Below, one piece after another: positions 51,201 through 63,424 of a DNA stretch of 64,000 nucleotides (within the stretch, counting starts at the first letter, position 1; each line of letters begins with the position of its first letter). The notes under the pieces were generated by a model. That model had not been told where the DNA came from, did no database searches, and was given only the letters and a program-made list of their open reading frames with translations. The translations under genes and the position numbers were made by a program. Source of the DNA: Octopus vulgaris (Eukaryota); the NCBI GenBank assembly GCA_951406725.2, contig OX597839.1, forward strand, positions 3,224,001 through 3,288,000, given 5' to 3'.

Positions 51201-54200
51201 GGTCAGGTATACATAGCAAGTCTTAGCATATGGAACACAAAAAAGAAAAAAAATACATAATGCAAATGTGGCTTATATGCACCTGTCTTCTTCACAATTT
51301 AGAAGTGTGTTAATAAGCCACACTCAACCTTAAAGGCTTAATAAGGTATCATAACTGTAGTCCTAGATATGAATTAAGAATGGAAGTAATGGATTAACCA
51401 TTAAGTAAAATGAGGGAAGTGGGTTTATGGCACAAAAGAAATCACTAGGTAAAATAATATTTGGGATGTCTTATCTCTACTAAGTATAAGAGCAGCTGGA
51501 TTACATAAGATTAAATTTGAAGACATGATCAAAAGATTTGCAATTAAAAAAAAAGAGAAAACTTTTCAAATATAGGAGTGGCTGTGTGGTAAGTAGCTTG
51601 CTAACCAACCACACGGTTGCGGGTTCAGTCCTACTGCGTGGCATCTTGGGTAAGTGTCTTCTGCTATAGCCCTGGGCCGACCAATGCCTTGTGAGTGGAT
51701 TTGGTAGACGGAAACTGAAAGAAGCCTGTCGTATATATGTATATATATGTATATGTGTGTGTGTCTGTGTTTGTCCCCCTAGCATTGCTTGACAACCGAT
51801 GCTGGTGTGTTTACGTCCCCGTCACTTAGCGGTTCGGCAAAAAGAGACCGATAGAATAAGTACAAAAAGGCGGTGCTCCAGCATGGCCGCAGTCAAATGA
51901 CTGAAACAAGTAAAAGAGTAAAAGAGTAAAGTAGAAGTATACAAAAATAAACATTTTTGGTCTTACTGTTAGCTTTGTTTTGTTTTTATAAAAATTTGAA
52001 TTGCATATTTATGGGGGCACCAAAATCTTTTTAAGTCCTTAGGGCCTCTATGGGTCTTAACACCAAAAATTATTTACATCAAAAAGGTGCTTTTTTTGGT
52101 TATGAAAATCCCTATTTTTTACAATTTTTTGACTGCTGTGTCACCATTTTTCAGTGTATTTCAACCAGGAAAATGTTCACTTAAAGAGAATAACAAGCTA
52201 CATAATGCAAAATTTTTACTTTTCAAAAATTCCAATTCTAAAGGGTTGAAACAAACCCGAGCAACGCTGGGTGATACTGCTAGTTAATAATTAAAGTCAT
52301 GTGATATATAAAACTTCTGCTTTGTCCCATCAGAAATCAATGTGTTTAATACCTTCTTCCAACCTTATGGAAGCACTCCGTCGGTTATGACGATGAGGGT
52401 TCCGGTTGATCCGAATCAACGGAACAGCCTGCTCGTGAAATTAACGTGTAAGTGGCTGAGCACTCCACAGACACTTGCACTCTTAACATAGTTCTCGGGG
52501 ATATTCAGCATGACACAGAGAGTGACAAGGCCAGCCCCTTGAAATACAGGTACAACAGAAACAGGAAGTAAGAGTGAGAGAAAGTTGTGGTGAAAGAGTA
52601 CAGCAGGGATCACCACCATCCCCTGCCGGAGCCTCGTGGAGCTTTTAGGTGTTTTCGCTCAATAAACACTCACAACGCCCGGTCTGGGAATCGAAACCGC
52701 AATCCTATGACCGCGAGTCCGCTGCCCTAACCACTGGGCCATTGCGCCTCCACCTTCTTCCAACACAGACAAGTAAAACAGGGTTATGGACATCGAACTA
52801 CTTACCTGAGTACAGTGATGCTCTTGCTGACCAGCGTGTAAGCTAACAATGTTGCTAGAGACAACATATCGATTAATTGACCAAGATCAAAGATTGTAGA
52901 AATGATAGCTGAGAAAAAAAAGAAAATTATTAAAAATAATTCTATTGAGGGTTCAAATTTCATGAGCAGTCTTCAACTTTTTCCATCCAAAAGCCATAAT
53001 GCTGCTCAGTCAGGGCTGAAATGGAGCTACACACGAGTATATAACACTGCAACATGTGCCAGATTTCAGGGAAGTCACAGCATGACATGTACCAGATAAC
53101 AAACAACACACCAGAAAATTAGAAAAAAGGTTACCTGCAAGAATTCCGCACACCAATACCGCTAACCAAGGCGTTTTGAATTTATTTGAAACAGTGGAAA
53201 AATGCTTAAAGATGATGCCATCATTAGCCATTGTATACACGATTCTTGGAAGAGGAAACAGGGAAGAGAATATACTGAAAATAAGAAAGCAACATCAGAA
53301 GACTGAATGGTAGAAACATGACAAAATGGGAATAGCAATTATCAAAAGGGATTATTGAGGTTTCCTTTCCATCTTTAACCCTTTAGTGTTCAAATTTCTC
53401 TATTAAATGTAAGACTTTTTCACTCAAATTGTTTTGAATTAATCATGCATTACCTTAGAGCTTTGAGGTTTCAATGATGTGATTGTTTATTCTTAGAATG
53501 TCAATGTAGGTTAGGTGTGAGAGGCTAGATGTGGCCAGTTTGAATATAAAATATGTAGAATATATTGGGCTGGATTTGGCCTGTTTAAACACTAAAGGGT
53601 TAATCCTCTTACTGAGCAAATAAGATATCTGCTCAAAATTTCTTTATCCTTAACTGTGGAAAGTAGGGTTATATACCAATCTATCTTTTGTTGAGGACTG
53701 TCAGGTTTGAAACTCTCCTTGCTCCCCTTTTAACTACAACGCTGTATAATAGAATACTCATGTATTAGCTGTTAATTTAATTTCATTTAAAGGAGTTCAA
53801 ACCCCAATACGAGCAACCTTACTTTTCATCCTTTGGGGTTCAATAAAATGTACCAGTCACATCATCCTCATCATCATCATCATCGTCATCGTTTAGCGTC
53901 CGCTTTCCATACTGGCATGGGTTGGATGGTTCAACTGGGGTCTGGGAAGCCAGAAGGCTGCACCAGGCCCAGTCTGATCTGGCAATGTTTCTACTGCTGG
54001 ATGCCCTTCCAAACGCCAACCACTCCATGAGTGTAGTGGGTGCTTTTTATGTGCCACCGGTATAGGTGCCAGACGAGGCTGGCAAACAGCCACGATCGGA
54101 TGGTGCTTTTTACGTGCCACCGGCACGGCGATGCCACATTGACGATAATCATCATCAGGTCTTCAGAGACCTGTCCATTTTCACTGCTTGGAGACTTCAA

Positions 54201-56858
54201 CTGGATGTGGTTCATTTACATTGACTTAGTGGGAGTTCCAACTAGATGGACTCTCCAAGCAGTTCAAATGCACAAATCTCTGGTATCAAAAGAGGGAGCT
54301 GGACCAAGTAAAGGTTAATAAACACTGGTGTACATGAATTATAAGGAACTCGTGGAAGAGGGAGACCCCATGGAAAGGTGCTGGCACCACGTCAAAAGGC
54401 ACTGCGTGCTGGCGCCACGCCAAAAGGCACTGGTGCTGGCTCCACGTCAAAAGGCACTGCGTGCTGGCTCCACGTCAAAAGGCACTGCGTGCTGGCTCCA
54501 CGCCAAAAGGCACTGGGTGCTGGCGCCACGCAAAAGGCACTGCGTGCTGGCGCCACGTCAAAAGGCACTGCGTGCTGGCGCCACGCCAAAAGGCACTGCG
54601 TGCTGGCGCCACGCGTCAACGCAAGGCACTGCGTGCTGGCGCCACGTCAAAAGGCACTGGTGCTGGCGCCACGTCAAAAGGCACTGCGTGCTGGCGCCAC
54701 GCCAAAAGGCACTGGGTGCTGGCGCCACGTCAAAAGGCACTGCGTGCTGGCGCCACGTCAAAAGGCACTGGGTGCTGGCGCCACGTCAAAAGGCACTGGG
54801 TGCTGGCGCCACGTCAAAAGGCACTGGGTGCTGGCGCCACGTCAAAAGGCACTGGGTGCTGGCGCCACGTCAAAAGGCACTGGGTGCTGGCGCCACGTCA
54901 AAAGGCACTGGGTGCTGGTGCCACGTAAAAAGGCACTGGGTGCTGGTGCCACGTAAAGGCACCCTGTACACTCTGCAAAGTGGTTAGTATTATGAAGGGC
55001 ATCCAGCCATAAAAATCATGCTAAAATGGGAAATGGAGCCTTGTGTGCCCTACCCTTAGCAGCACTTGTCAAACCATCCAACCCATGCCAGCAAGGAAAA
55101 CAGACGCTAAATGATGATGAACTGAGCAACTCTGATCTTAGGATTTACTCAAAACAGTGTTAACCAAATTGGGTCCGGGATTATACTTCAGTAAGTTTGT
55201 TCTTACCTGGTAGACAGGGCACACACAATGCCAATGTAGATGATAATATTGTAATGGCCCCAACCAACATACTCAAAGACTTTGGTAAGTGGTGTGAGAG
55301 GATCGACAAGATAGTAAGGGCACATAAGGATCACCACAGCAGAAACCCCTACATACAACAATGTGATTATCAGCAGTGAAACTAGAATACTCAGTGGAAT
55401 TGTAGTTTGTGGATTTTGTGCCTCCTCACCTGAAAAATAAACCAGAGAATTCATTAGGGTACGTTTGTCATTGTTATGTGTGACCGAACATCTTGTATGG
55501 GGTCTCCAGTTGGCTCGAGAGATTTTGTAGTGTCTTCTTTTACTCATTTCAGGGATTAAAATGTGGCCATGTTGGGGCACTGCCTTGAAGAATTTTAGTT
55601 AAACGGCGTCAGGAAGGGCATCCGGCCGTAGAAAGCTTGCCACATGCATAGCACTGCGTATATGTGCATACATTTTTTGTAGGCGCAGGCATGGCTGTGT
55701 GGTTAGGGAGCTTGCCTCCTAACTACATGGTTTCGGGTTCAGTCCCACAGCGTGGTACTTTGGGTAGGTGTCTTCCACTATAGCCCCGAGCTGACCGAAG
55801 CTTTGTGATTGAATTTGGTAGGCAGGAGTTACTGCCGTGTGTGTATGTGTGCGTATAGCTGCTCAATGCCTCTCGGAAAGAGAGAGAGGGAGGGAAATCA
55901 ATACCAGAATTTTATATTTTATTTTAAGCTTGGCACTTATACTATTGGTCTCCTTTGCTGAACTGCTAAGTTACAGGAACGTAAACACACAAACAGTGGT
56001 CATCAGATTGCACCAAGAAAGTTATCTTCAATGCACAAGTCTGGGTAAGATTGTTTTCATTACCAGCCTCCCCCTCTCCATGCCACCAATGTCACCCAAG
56101 GGAAAGGCAAAAGTCGAAAGAGCTTGGCACCAGTGACATCATAACCCATTTCTACACCTGAGTGAACTGGAGCAATGTGAAGTGTCTTGCTCAAGAACAC
56201 AACACACAGCCTGGTCTGGGAATTGAACTCACTACCTCATGATTGTGAGCCCAACGTTCTAACCAATGATCCATACAAACACATAGTTACGATGGGCTTT
56301 TTCAATTCCCATCTACCATATCCACTCACCTGGCTTTGGTCAGCCTGAAGCTATAGCAGAGCGAATGCCACCAAGGTTGACTGCTTTTCATCCTCTTGGG
56401 GTTGAAAAGATACTAGTCATGTACTAGTCATGTACTGGGAGTTAGTGTAAATGACTAATCCATTCACCCCCAAGACTGCTGGCCTTGTGCCAAAATTTGA
56501 AACTTGTGTTGAAGATCTCTACTTACCTGTTGTGGCAATTGTGTCAAACCCAACAAAAGCATAAAAACAAGTGGCTGCTCCTTTGAACATTCCAGACACA
56601 CCATAAGGGAAGAACCCACCTTTTCCAGCGGAATATGCAGAAGCAATCTGAGAAAAGAAAAAAAAAAAGAAATGGTTAATGTGAGAGGGAGAGAGAGTTC
56701 TGAAGAAAAGAAGTGAGAGAGTAAGAGAGAGAGAGATGAGGAGAGAGAGTTCTGAAGAAAACAAGTGAGAGTACTAGAGAGAGAGAGAGAGAGAGAAGAG
56801 GAGAGAGAGTTAGAGAGTACTAGAGAGAGAGAGAGAAGAGGAGAGAGAGAGAGAGTAC

Positions 56859-56894
<36 letters not shown>

Positions 56895-56932
56895 AGGAGA
56901 GAGAGTTCTGAAGAAATCAAGTGAAAGAGTAC

Positions 56933-56979
<47 letters not shown>

Positions 56980-57910
56980 GGGAGAGAGAGAGAGACGGGG
57001 GGAGAAAGTTCTGAAGAAAACAAGTGAGTGTACAAGAGGGAGAGAGAGTTCTGAAGAAAACAAGTGAGAGAGTACTAGAGAGAGAGAGAGTTCTGAAGAA
57101 AACAAGTGAGAGAGTACTATATATAGAGAGAGAGAGATGAGGAGAGTGCTGGAAAGAGTGCATGAACAAGAGCTGAAAAGAGAGATTGGTCTCCATAGTT
57201 AATTCAGGTCACATAAACTGCTTAATAAAACAACAACACCACCACCATTAAAATGGTGTACCTGTGCACATGTTTTATCTCTTGTTTAAGCAGAACTTTA
57301 GTTGAGATGAAATAATATTAAGATAGTAGTGAACGATGGTGTGGTGATGGTGGTGCTTCAACAATGGTGAAAAGTCAAGTCCTTTTACAAGTTAAAAAAA
57401 AAAGAAAAAAGGTAAAAAAAAAAAATGAAGGTCAACTCATTCACCTCATTTTTGATAGTCCAGTTCTTGAAATCAGCTTTAAAGAATCCGCAGATGATGA
57501 TAAAGCAGAGAACGTATAAATTGATTCCAGTGGCTACGTTGTTCACTATGGCAGATTCCTTCACCCCAAAAAGCAAAATGACTGAAAGACAATATGATTG
57601 TTTGCAACTGTTATTCCTTTGTAATTTAGATTTCAAGCAGGGCCAGATTAAGACCCATAGAGGCCCGAAGCACTTAAAAGAATTTGGGGCCCCCATATAT
57701 ATATATATATACGGGAAGCTTTATGAAAATAGACAAAAGACGAAGGCAGGTGGGAAAGAAACAAACAATTGTATTAGTATGGCGCTCAGGAAATATAAAT
57801 AAAACAAGTCTTTAACGTTTCGAGCCTACGCTCTTCAACAGAAAGATACTCAGAGAAAAAAAAACACAGAAAGAAGGAGAGAAAAAAAATGCGTGCAGTA
57901 ACTAACGAAT

Positions 57911-57951
<41 letters not shown>

Positions 57952-60900
57952 ATTCAAAAATATTTACAATAATAAATCACAAAATAAATTTTCATTTTTC
58001 AAAATGAACACCAACATCAAAGTAAAAATCAAATGGAAATTATAGTTATGATACCTGTGCCGGAGGCACATAAAAAGCACCATCTGAACATGGTTGATGC
58101 CAGCGCCGCCTGACTGGCGTCCGTGTCGGTGACACATAAAAGCACCAACCGATCATGAACGTTGCCAGCCTCCCCTGGCATGTAAAAAGCACCCACTACA
58201 CTCATGGAGTGGTTGGCATTAGGAAGGGCATCCAGCTGTAGAAACACTACCAGATTAGACTGGAGCCTGGTGCAGCCTCCTGGCTCCCCAGATCCCGGTC
58301 GAACCGTCCAACCCATGCTAGCATGGAAAACGGACGTTAAACGATGATGATGAAACAACTAACAGTAAGATGGAAAGTATTGTTTATTTTTGTATATTCC
58401 ACTTGATGTATATTTGAAAAGTTGTTTTTTTTAAATTGCAAAACCAATTGACCAAATCCTCAAAATTAATCATCCATAACATGCATTTCTATATACTCTT
58501 TTACTTGTTTCAATCATTTGACTGCGGCCATGCTGGAGCACCGCCTTTAGTCGAGCAAATCGACCCCGCGACTTATTCTTTGTAAGCCCAGTACTTATTC
58601 TATCGGTCTCTTTTGCCGAACTGCTAAGTGACGGGGACATAAAAACACCAGCATCGGTTGTCAAGCAATGCTAGGGGGACAAACACAGACACAAACATAT
58701 ACACACACGCACATATATATATACATATATACGACAGGCTTCTTTCAGTTTCCGTCTACCAAATCCACTCAGGGAATTGGTTGGCCCGGGGCTATAGCAG
58801 AAGACACTTGCCCAAGATGCTACGCAGTGGGACTGTACCCGGAACCATGTGGTTGGTTAGCAAGCTACTTACCACACAGCCACTCCTGCGCACCATTATA
58901 TATGCAATTCAAATATAAACAAACCATAAAATATATTTTTCAAAACGAAACAAAACACTAATCTGGAAAATTTTATTTTTGTATACTTCCACTATTTATA
59001 TTTGAAGTTTTCCCTTTTTTTTTTTTTAATTGCAAAGGTTGATCAGATACTCAATGACACCATGAACACTTCGAAAAAGGGTACCACATGAGATAGAGAA
59101 GGGATTAAAAAAAATATGGATTGATGGAGTGAAGCATAAAAGGTTGGTGGGGGAGGAATAGGCATAAGCACGGCTGTGCAATAAGAAGTTTGCTTTCCAA
59201 CCACATGGTTCTGGGTTCAGTCCGACGGCATGGCTCCTTAGGCAAATTTTTTCTACTATGGCCGAGCCAAGAAAAGCTTCGTGAGTACATTTGGTAGAGA
59301 AACTGAAAGAAGCCTGTTGTATGCATGTATGTTTGTTCCCCACAGTGCATGACAACCAATGCTGGTTTGTTTACATCCATGTAACTTAGGTATTCAGCAA
59401 AAAGAGACAACAATAAAATAAGTACTAGGCTTTAAAAAAAGAAAAATGGGGTCAGATTGTTCAACTAAAACTCTTCAAGGCAGTGCCCCAACATGGCCAC
59501 AGTATAATGGCTAAAACAAGTAAGAGATAATGGCAAAAAAATCTAGAATGAAAATTACCAATGTAACTATACAATGATGTAATGCAATTTATGATACATC
59601 ATCATATGTCCATTGTCCATGCTGGTATGGGTTGGATGGTTTGACCAGAGCTGGTCAGCTGAGGGGCTGCACCAGATTCCAGTCTGATTTAGCAAGGTTT
59701 CTACAGTTGGATGATTTGACCAGAGCTGGTCAGCTGAGGGGCTGCACCAGATTCCAGTCTGATTTAGCAAGGTTTCTACAGTTGGATGATTTGACCAGAG
59801 CTGGTCAGCTGAGGGGCTGCACCAGATTCCAGTCTGATTTAGCAAGGTTTCTACAGTTGGATGATTTGACCAGAGCTGGTCAGCTGAGGGGCTGCACCAG
59901 ATTCCAGTCTGATTTAGCAAGGTTTCTACAGTTGGATGATTTGACCAGAGCTGGTCAGCTGAGGGGCTGCACCAGATTCCAGTCTGATTTAGCAAGGTTT
60001 CTACAGTTGGATGATTTGACCAGAGCTGGTCAGCTGAGGGGCTGCACCAGATTCCAGTCTGATTTAGCAAGGTTTCTACAGTTGGATGATTTGACCAGAG
60101 CTGGTCAGCTGAGGGGCTGCACCAGATTCCAGTCTGATTTAGCAAGGTTTCTACAGTTGGATGATTTGACCAGAGCTGGTCAGCTGAGGGGCTGCACCAG
60201 ATTCCAGTCTGATTTAGCAAGGTTTCTACAGTTGGATGATTTGACCAGAGCTGGTCAGCTGAGGGGCTGCACCAGATTCCAGTCTGATTTAGCAAGGTTT
60301 CTACAGTTGGATGATTTGACCAGAGCTGGTCAGCTGAGGGGCTGCACTAGATTCCAGTCTGATTTAGCAAGGTTTCTACAGTTGGATGATTTGACCAGAG
60401 CTGGTCAGCTGAGGGGCTGCACTAGATTCCAGTCTGATTTAGCAAGGTTTCTACAGTTGGATGATTTGACCAGAGCTGGTCAGCTGAGGGGCTGCACCAG
60501 ATTCCAGTCTGATTTAGCAAGGTTTCTACGGTTGGATTCCCTTCCTAATGCCAACCACTCCGAGATACAGTGTATAGCAATGAAGATGTCAATGTGTCAT
60601 ACTTACGTGTTAAAAGCATTACAATGGAAAATGCTAGAAAGTCAGGGTAACTACCAAAAATGTAGGACTTCATCGGTAGCACAGATTTTAAATATGCTGA
60701 GATATTTCCGTTAACCATACTATCGAAATTGGTTGTTAAAGCTTTCACATTACTGGCGACACCTGGAGATAGAGGAAGGAAAATGACAATAACATTAACA
60801 CCACCATCATCATTGTTTAACACACTACTTACCCCACAGCCACTCCTATGTTGGCGTAAGAGTGGCTGTGTGGTAAGTAGCTTGCTTACGAACCACATGG

Positions 60901-62551
60901 TTCCAGGTTCAGTCCCACAGTGTGGTACCTTGGGCAAGTATCTTCTAGATTTTGGAATTTAAGCTCAAATCATTTGAGTATTACTGTGTTCTTTTTTTAT
61001 ATTGGACATCTCGAGGTCCCCTTGGTTGTGTGTATGTGTGTGTATTAAATATATGTGCCATAGAATCTCCCAAAACTAAACACCAATATCTAAGTGTTAT
61101 CTAAGCCTAATTAGATTATCTATGCAGAAAAATCAACCAATGCTAATGGAAGTAATCCTCACAAAACAAATCCACAAACACTCACCATCTTGAAAATCTT
61201 TAGAAATAATCAGCTTACCAATAGCATATTCCAATATGAGACTCCATCCAACAATGAAGGCCAACAATTCACCAAGAGTTATGTAAGTGTAAGTATAGGC
61301 AGAGCCTGCACGTGGAATTCTTCCTCCAAATTCCGCATAACAACAAGCTGGAATGATGACAGGGAAAAACATTAGAGCAAAACAGTGACTGTAAAATGTA
61401 TGCATGAGTAAAGGGACGCGTGAGCAAGGGGACGCTTGAGCGAGGGGACGCGTGAGCGAGGGGACGCGTGAGCGAGGGGACGCGTGAGCGAGGGGACATG
61501 TGAGCGAGGGGACGCGTGAGCGAGGAGACGCTTGAGCGAGGAGACGCTTGAGCGAGGAGACGCTTGAGCGAGGAGACGCTTGAGCGAGGAGACGCTTGAG
61601 CGAGGAGACGCTTGAGCGAGGAGACGCTTGAGCGAGGAGACGCTTGAGCGAGGAGACGCTTGAGCGAGGAGACGCTTGAGCGAGGAGACGCTTGAGTGAG
61701 GAGATGCTTGAGCGAGGAGACGCTTGAGCGAGGAGACGCTTGAGCGAGGAGACGCTTGAGCGAGGAGACGCTTGAGCGAGGAGACGCTTGAGCGAGGAGA
61801 CGCTTGAGCGAGGAGACGCTTGAGCGAGGAGACGCTTGAGCGAGGAGACGCGTGAGCAAGGGGATGCACAAGCAAGGGGATGCACAAGCGAGGGGACACG
61901 TGAGCAAGAGGACGCACAAGCAAGAGGACGCACAAGCAAGGGGATGCACAAGCAAGGGGACGCACAAGCAAGGGGACGCACAAGCAAGGGGACGCACAAG
62001 CAAGGGGATGCACAAGCAAGGGGACACTTCACATTTAAAGGTCAAATAAAAATGTAGGGAAAGACTAAAGTTTTCACTAAAAGCACCCATTACACTCTTG
62101 GAACGGTTGGAATTAAGAAGGGCATCCAGCCATAGAAACCAAGCCAAAACATATTGGAGCCTGGTGCAACTCTCAGGCTTACCAGTTCCAGTCAAACCAT
62201 CTAACCCATGCCAGCATGGAAAGCAGACACTAAATGAGGATGGGTGGGTAAGGCCTGGCTTTGTCAGTCTGAGAACCCCTGATGTGGTGGAGAGATACCT
62301 TAATGCTGTTAAATTATTTAGTTACATGAAAACAATGATTTTTTTTGTTTTGTTTTTACCTGCAAGTAATGAAGAAAGAGCAGCTATGAGGAAGGATAGA
62401 ACAATCGAAGGACCTGCCACACTTAAGGCAATTTTTCCAGTTAAGATGTAGGCCCCAGCTCCCACAGTGCAGCCAAGACCTTTAGCAGGAAAAGATAAAA
62501 AACTTCATTACACCATCAAATGAAATTACAGGTTGGGAATGAATGAATGAG

Positions 62552-62593
<42 letters not shown>

Positions 62594-62896
62594 TGACACA
62601 GAGAGAGAGACAGTGACAGAGAGAGAGACAGTGACAGAGAGAGAGACAGTGACAGAGAGAGAGAGAGAGACAGTGACAGAGAGAGAGAGAGACAGTGACA
62701 GAGAGAGAGACAGTGACAGAGAGAGAGAGAGAGACAGTGACAGGGAGAGAGAGAGACAGTGACAGAGAGAGAGAGAGAGAGAGACAGTGACAGAGAGAGA
62801 GAGAGACAGTGACAGAGAGAGAGAGAGAGACAGTGTCAGAGAGAGAGAGAGAGAGAGACAGTGATAGAGAGAAAGAGAGAGACAGTGACAGAGAGA

Positions 62897-62930
<34 letters not shown>

Positions 62931-63424
62931 CAGATAGACAGAGAGAAAGAGAGAGAGAGACAGTGACACAGAGAGACAGTGACACAGAAAGACAGTGACA
63001 GAGAAAGACAGTGACAGAGAGAGAGAGACAGTGACAGAGAGAGAGAGAGACAGTGACAGAGAGAGAGAGAGACAGTGACAGAGAGAGAGAGAGACAGTGA
63101 CAGAGAGAGAGAGAGACAGTGACAGAGAGAGAGAGACAGTGACAGAGAGAGAGAGAGAGAGACAGAGAGACAGTGTCAGAGGGAGAGAGAGAGACAGTGA
63201 CAGAGAGAGAGAGAGACAGACATAGAGAGAGAAAGAGAGAGACAGTGACAGAGAGAGACAGTGACACAGAGAAAGACAGTGACACAGAGAGAGAGAGAGA
63301 ATCACAGATACTTACTCAGGAAAATCAAATCAGCTACATTCAACACACGAGCAAGGTCAGATCTCTCTAAGTCCTCTTTTCTTAAAGTTTTCAAGCGAAA
63401 TAATTTTTTCAAACCATTTGACAT
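44657..63424 (-). CDS. SLC7A (CAT-like): Cationic amino acid transporter (APC superfamily, SLC7A1-4/CAT-like); 14 coding exons, 1863 nt, 620 aa
   Basis: Hand-spliced exons 63424-63316, 62479-62360, 61347-61219, 60762-60607, 57581-57445, 56647-56527, 55429-55207, 53274-53135, 52908-52806, 51118-51047, 49091-48970, 47630-47464, 46592-46484, 44811-44657. All introns are GT-AG with matching phases and there is no internal stop. Motifs: [87 protein letters not shown]. The exact orthologue cannot be resolved by eye. Confidence 0.93.
45291..45532. repeat. Inverted pair of pLTR-like arms with a long-stem-II hammerhead
   Basis: tgtgc-CTGATGA-(59 nt)-GAAAC-taata-GTA-gcaca at 45423-45511 (+); the inverted copy has core ATAATGA. 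Confidence 0.75.
45586..46438. mobile_element. Tc1/mariner non-autonomous element with nested SINEs
   Basis: TIRs tacaagggtggacaaaagtaggtatatagttgct / agcaactgtgtacctagttttgtccacccctgta. Confidence 0.7.
46484..46592 (-). CDS. CAT coding exon 13 ([36 protein letters not shown])
   Basis: AG/GT boundaries, CAT C-terminal domain motifs; absent from the ORF track. Confidence 0.9.
47464..47630 (-). CDS. CAT coding exon 12 ([13 protein letters not shown]...[14 protein letters not shown])
   Basis: AG/gtaag boundaries, RQPQ...FK motif. Confidence 0.9.
48970..49091 (-). CDS. CAT coding exon 11 ([41 protein letters not shown])
   Basis: AG/gtaag boundaries, phase-consistent; resembles the loop preceding the C-terminal TMs. 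Confidence 0.82.
49464..50852. repeat. 18-bp minisatellite (gtgattaaggacagctcg) in two blocks, each with a degenerate tail
   Basis: Direct reading; VIKDSS periodicity. Confidence 0.97.
51047..51118 (-). CDS. CAT coding exon 10 ([24 protein letters not shown])
   Basis: Completes the LRY motif; strong acceptor and gtaagg donor; phase-consistent. Confidence 0.8.
51193..51337. mobile_element. Small piggyBac-like MITE
   Basis: TTAA-ccctttaaggt...accttaaaggc-TTAA. Confidence 0.55.
52058..52283 (+). mobile_element. Helitron family 2, 3' part
   Basis: Ends cccgagcaacgctgggtgatactgCTAG|t. Confidence 0.8.
52372..52752 (-). mobile_element. SINE family C variant, full length
   Basis: tRNA-like head ggaggcgcaatggcccagtggttagggcag. 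Confidence 0.8.
52806..52908 (-). CDS. CAT coding exon 9 ([34 protein letters not shown])
   Basis: AG/GT boundaries, TLLAY motif. Confidence 0.92.
53135..53274 (-). CDS. CAT coding exon 8 ([20 protein letters not shown]...[14 protein letters not shown])
   Basis: AG/GT boundaries, PR-x-Y-xMA-DG motif. Confidence 0.93.
53379..53599. mobile_element. piggyBac-like MITE
   Basis: TTAA-ccctttagtgtt...aacactaaaggg-TTAA. Confidence 0.8.
54378..54962. repeat. 28-bp minisatellite (aaaaggcactgggtgctggcgccacgtc), about 20 copies
   Basis: Direct reading; runs into a family E element. Confidence 0.95.
55207..55429 (-). CDS. CAT coding exon 7 ([15 protein letters not shown]...IGIVCALST)
   Basis: AG/GT boundaries, EExxNP motif. 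Confidence 0.93.
56527..56647 (-). CDS. CAT coding exon 6 ([40 protein letters not shown])
   Basis: AG/GT boundaries, TM6 signature. Confidence 0.95.
56680..57185. repeat. (GA)n compound satellite with ttctgaagaaaacaagt / gtacta inserts
   Basis: Direct reading. Confidence 0.9.
57445..57581 (-). CDS. CAT coding exon 5 ([22 protein letters not shown]...[11 protein letters not shown])
   Basis: AG/GT boundaries, GVKES motif. Confidence 0.9.
57712..57915 (-). mobile_element. P2 element copy in (TA)n
   Basis: tcttt-CTGTTGA-agagcgtaggctc-GAAAC-GTT-aaaga at 57809-57846. Confidence 0.7.
59631..60537. repeat. 75-bp tandem repeat x12 inside a family E element
   Basis: 25-aa periodicity [25 protein letters not shown]; family E sequence on both sides. 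Confidence 0.96.
60607..60762 (-). CDS. CAT coding exon 4 ([14 protein letters not shown]...[14 protein letters not shown])
   Basis: AG/GT boundaries, 156 nt, YPDF motif. Confidence 0.9.
61219..61347 (-). CDS. CAT coding exon 3 ([43 protein letters not shown])
   Basis: AG/GT boundaries, 129 nt, highly conserved CAT segment. Confidence 0.95.
61412..62025. repeat. 16-bp minisatellite (gagcgaggagacgctt and variants)
   Basis: Direct reading. Confidence 0.95.
62360..62479 (-). CDS. CAT coding exon 2 ([16 protein letters not shown]...[19 protein letters not shown])
   Basis: AG/GT boundaries, 120 nt, TM1-TM2 motifs. Confidence 0.92.
62549..63300. repeat. (GA)n-CAGTGACA compound satellite filling most of CAT coding intron 1
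   Basis: Direct reading. Confidence 0.95.
63316..63424 (-). CDS. CAT coding exon 1 ([36 protein letters not shown])
   Basis: ATG at 63424, acceptor just upstream (exon edge 63428, so an untranslated exon lies further up); donor gtaag; resembles the CAT L-R-L-xx-DL motif. Confidence 0.85.

Noticed and set aside
54328-54987. Basic repeat ORFs
   Set aside because: 28-bp minisatellite open in several frames
59567-60714. 360-aa repeat protein ORF
   Set aside because: Read-through of a 75-bp tandem amplification inside a SINE, antisense to CAT
61133-62195. ~300-aa ORFs joining the minisatellite to CAT exon 3
   Set aside because: The true exon starts at the acceptor at 61347; upstream is intronic 16-bp repeat
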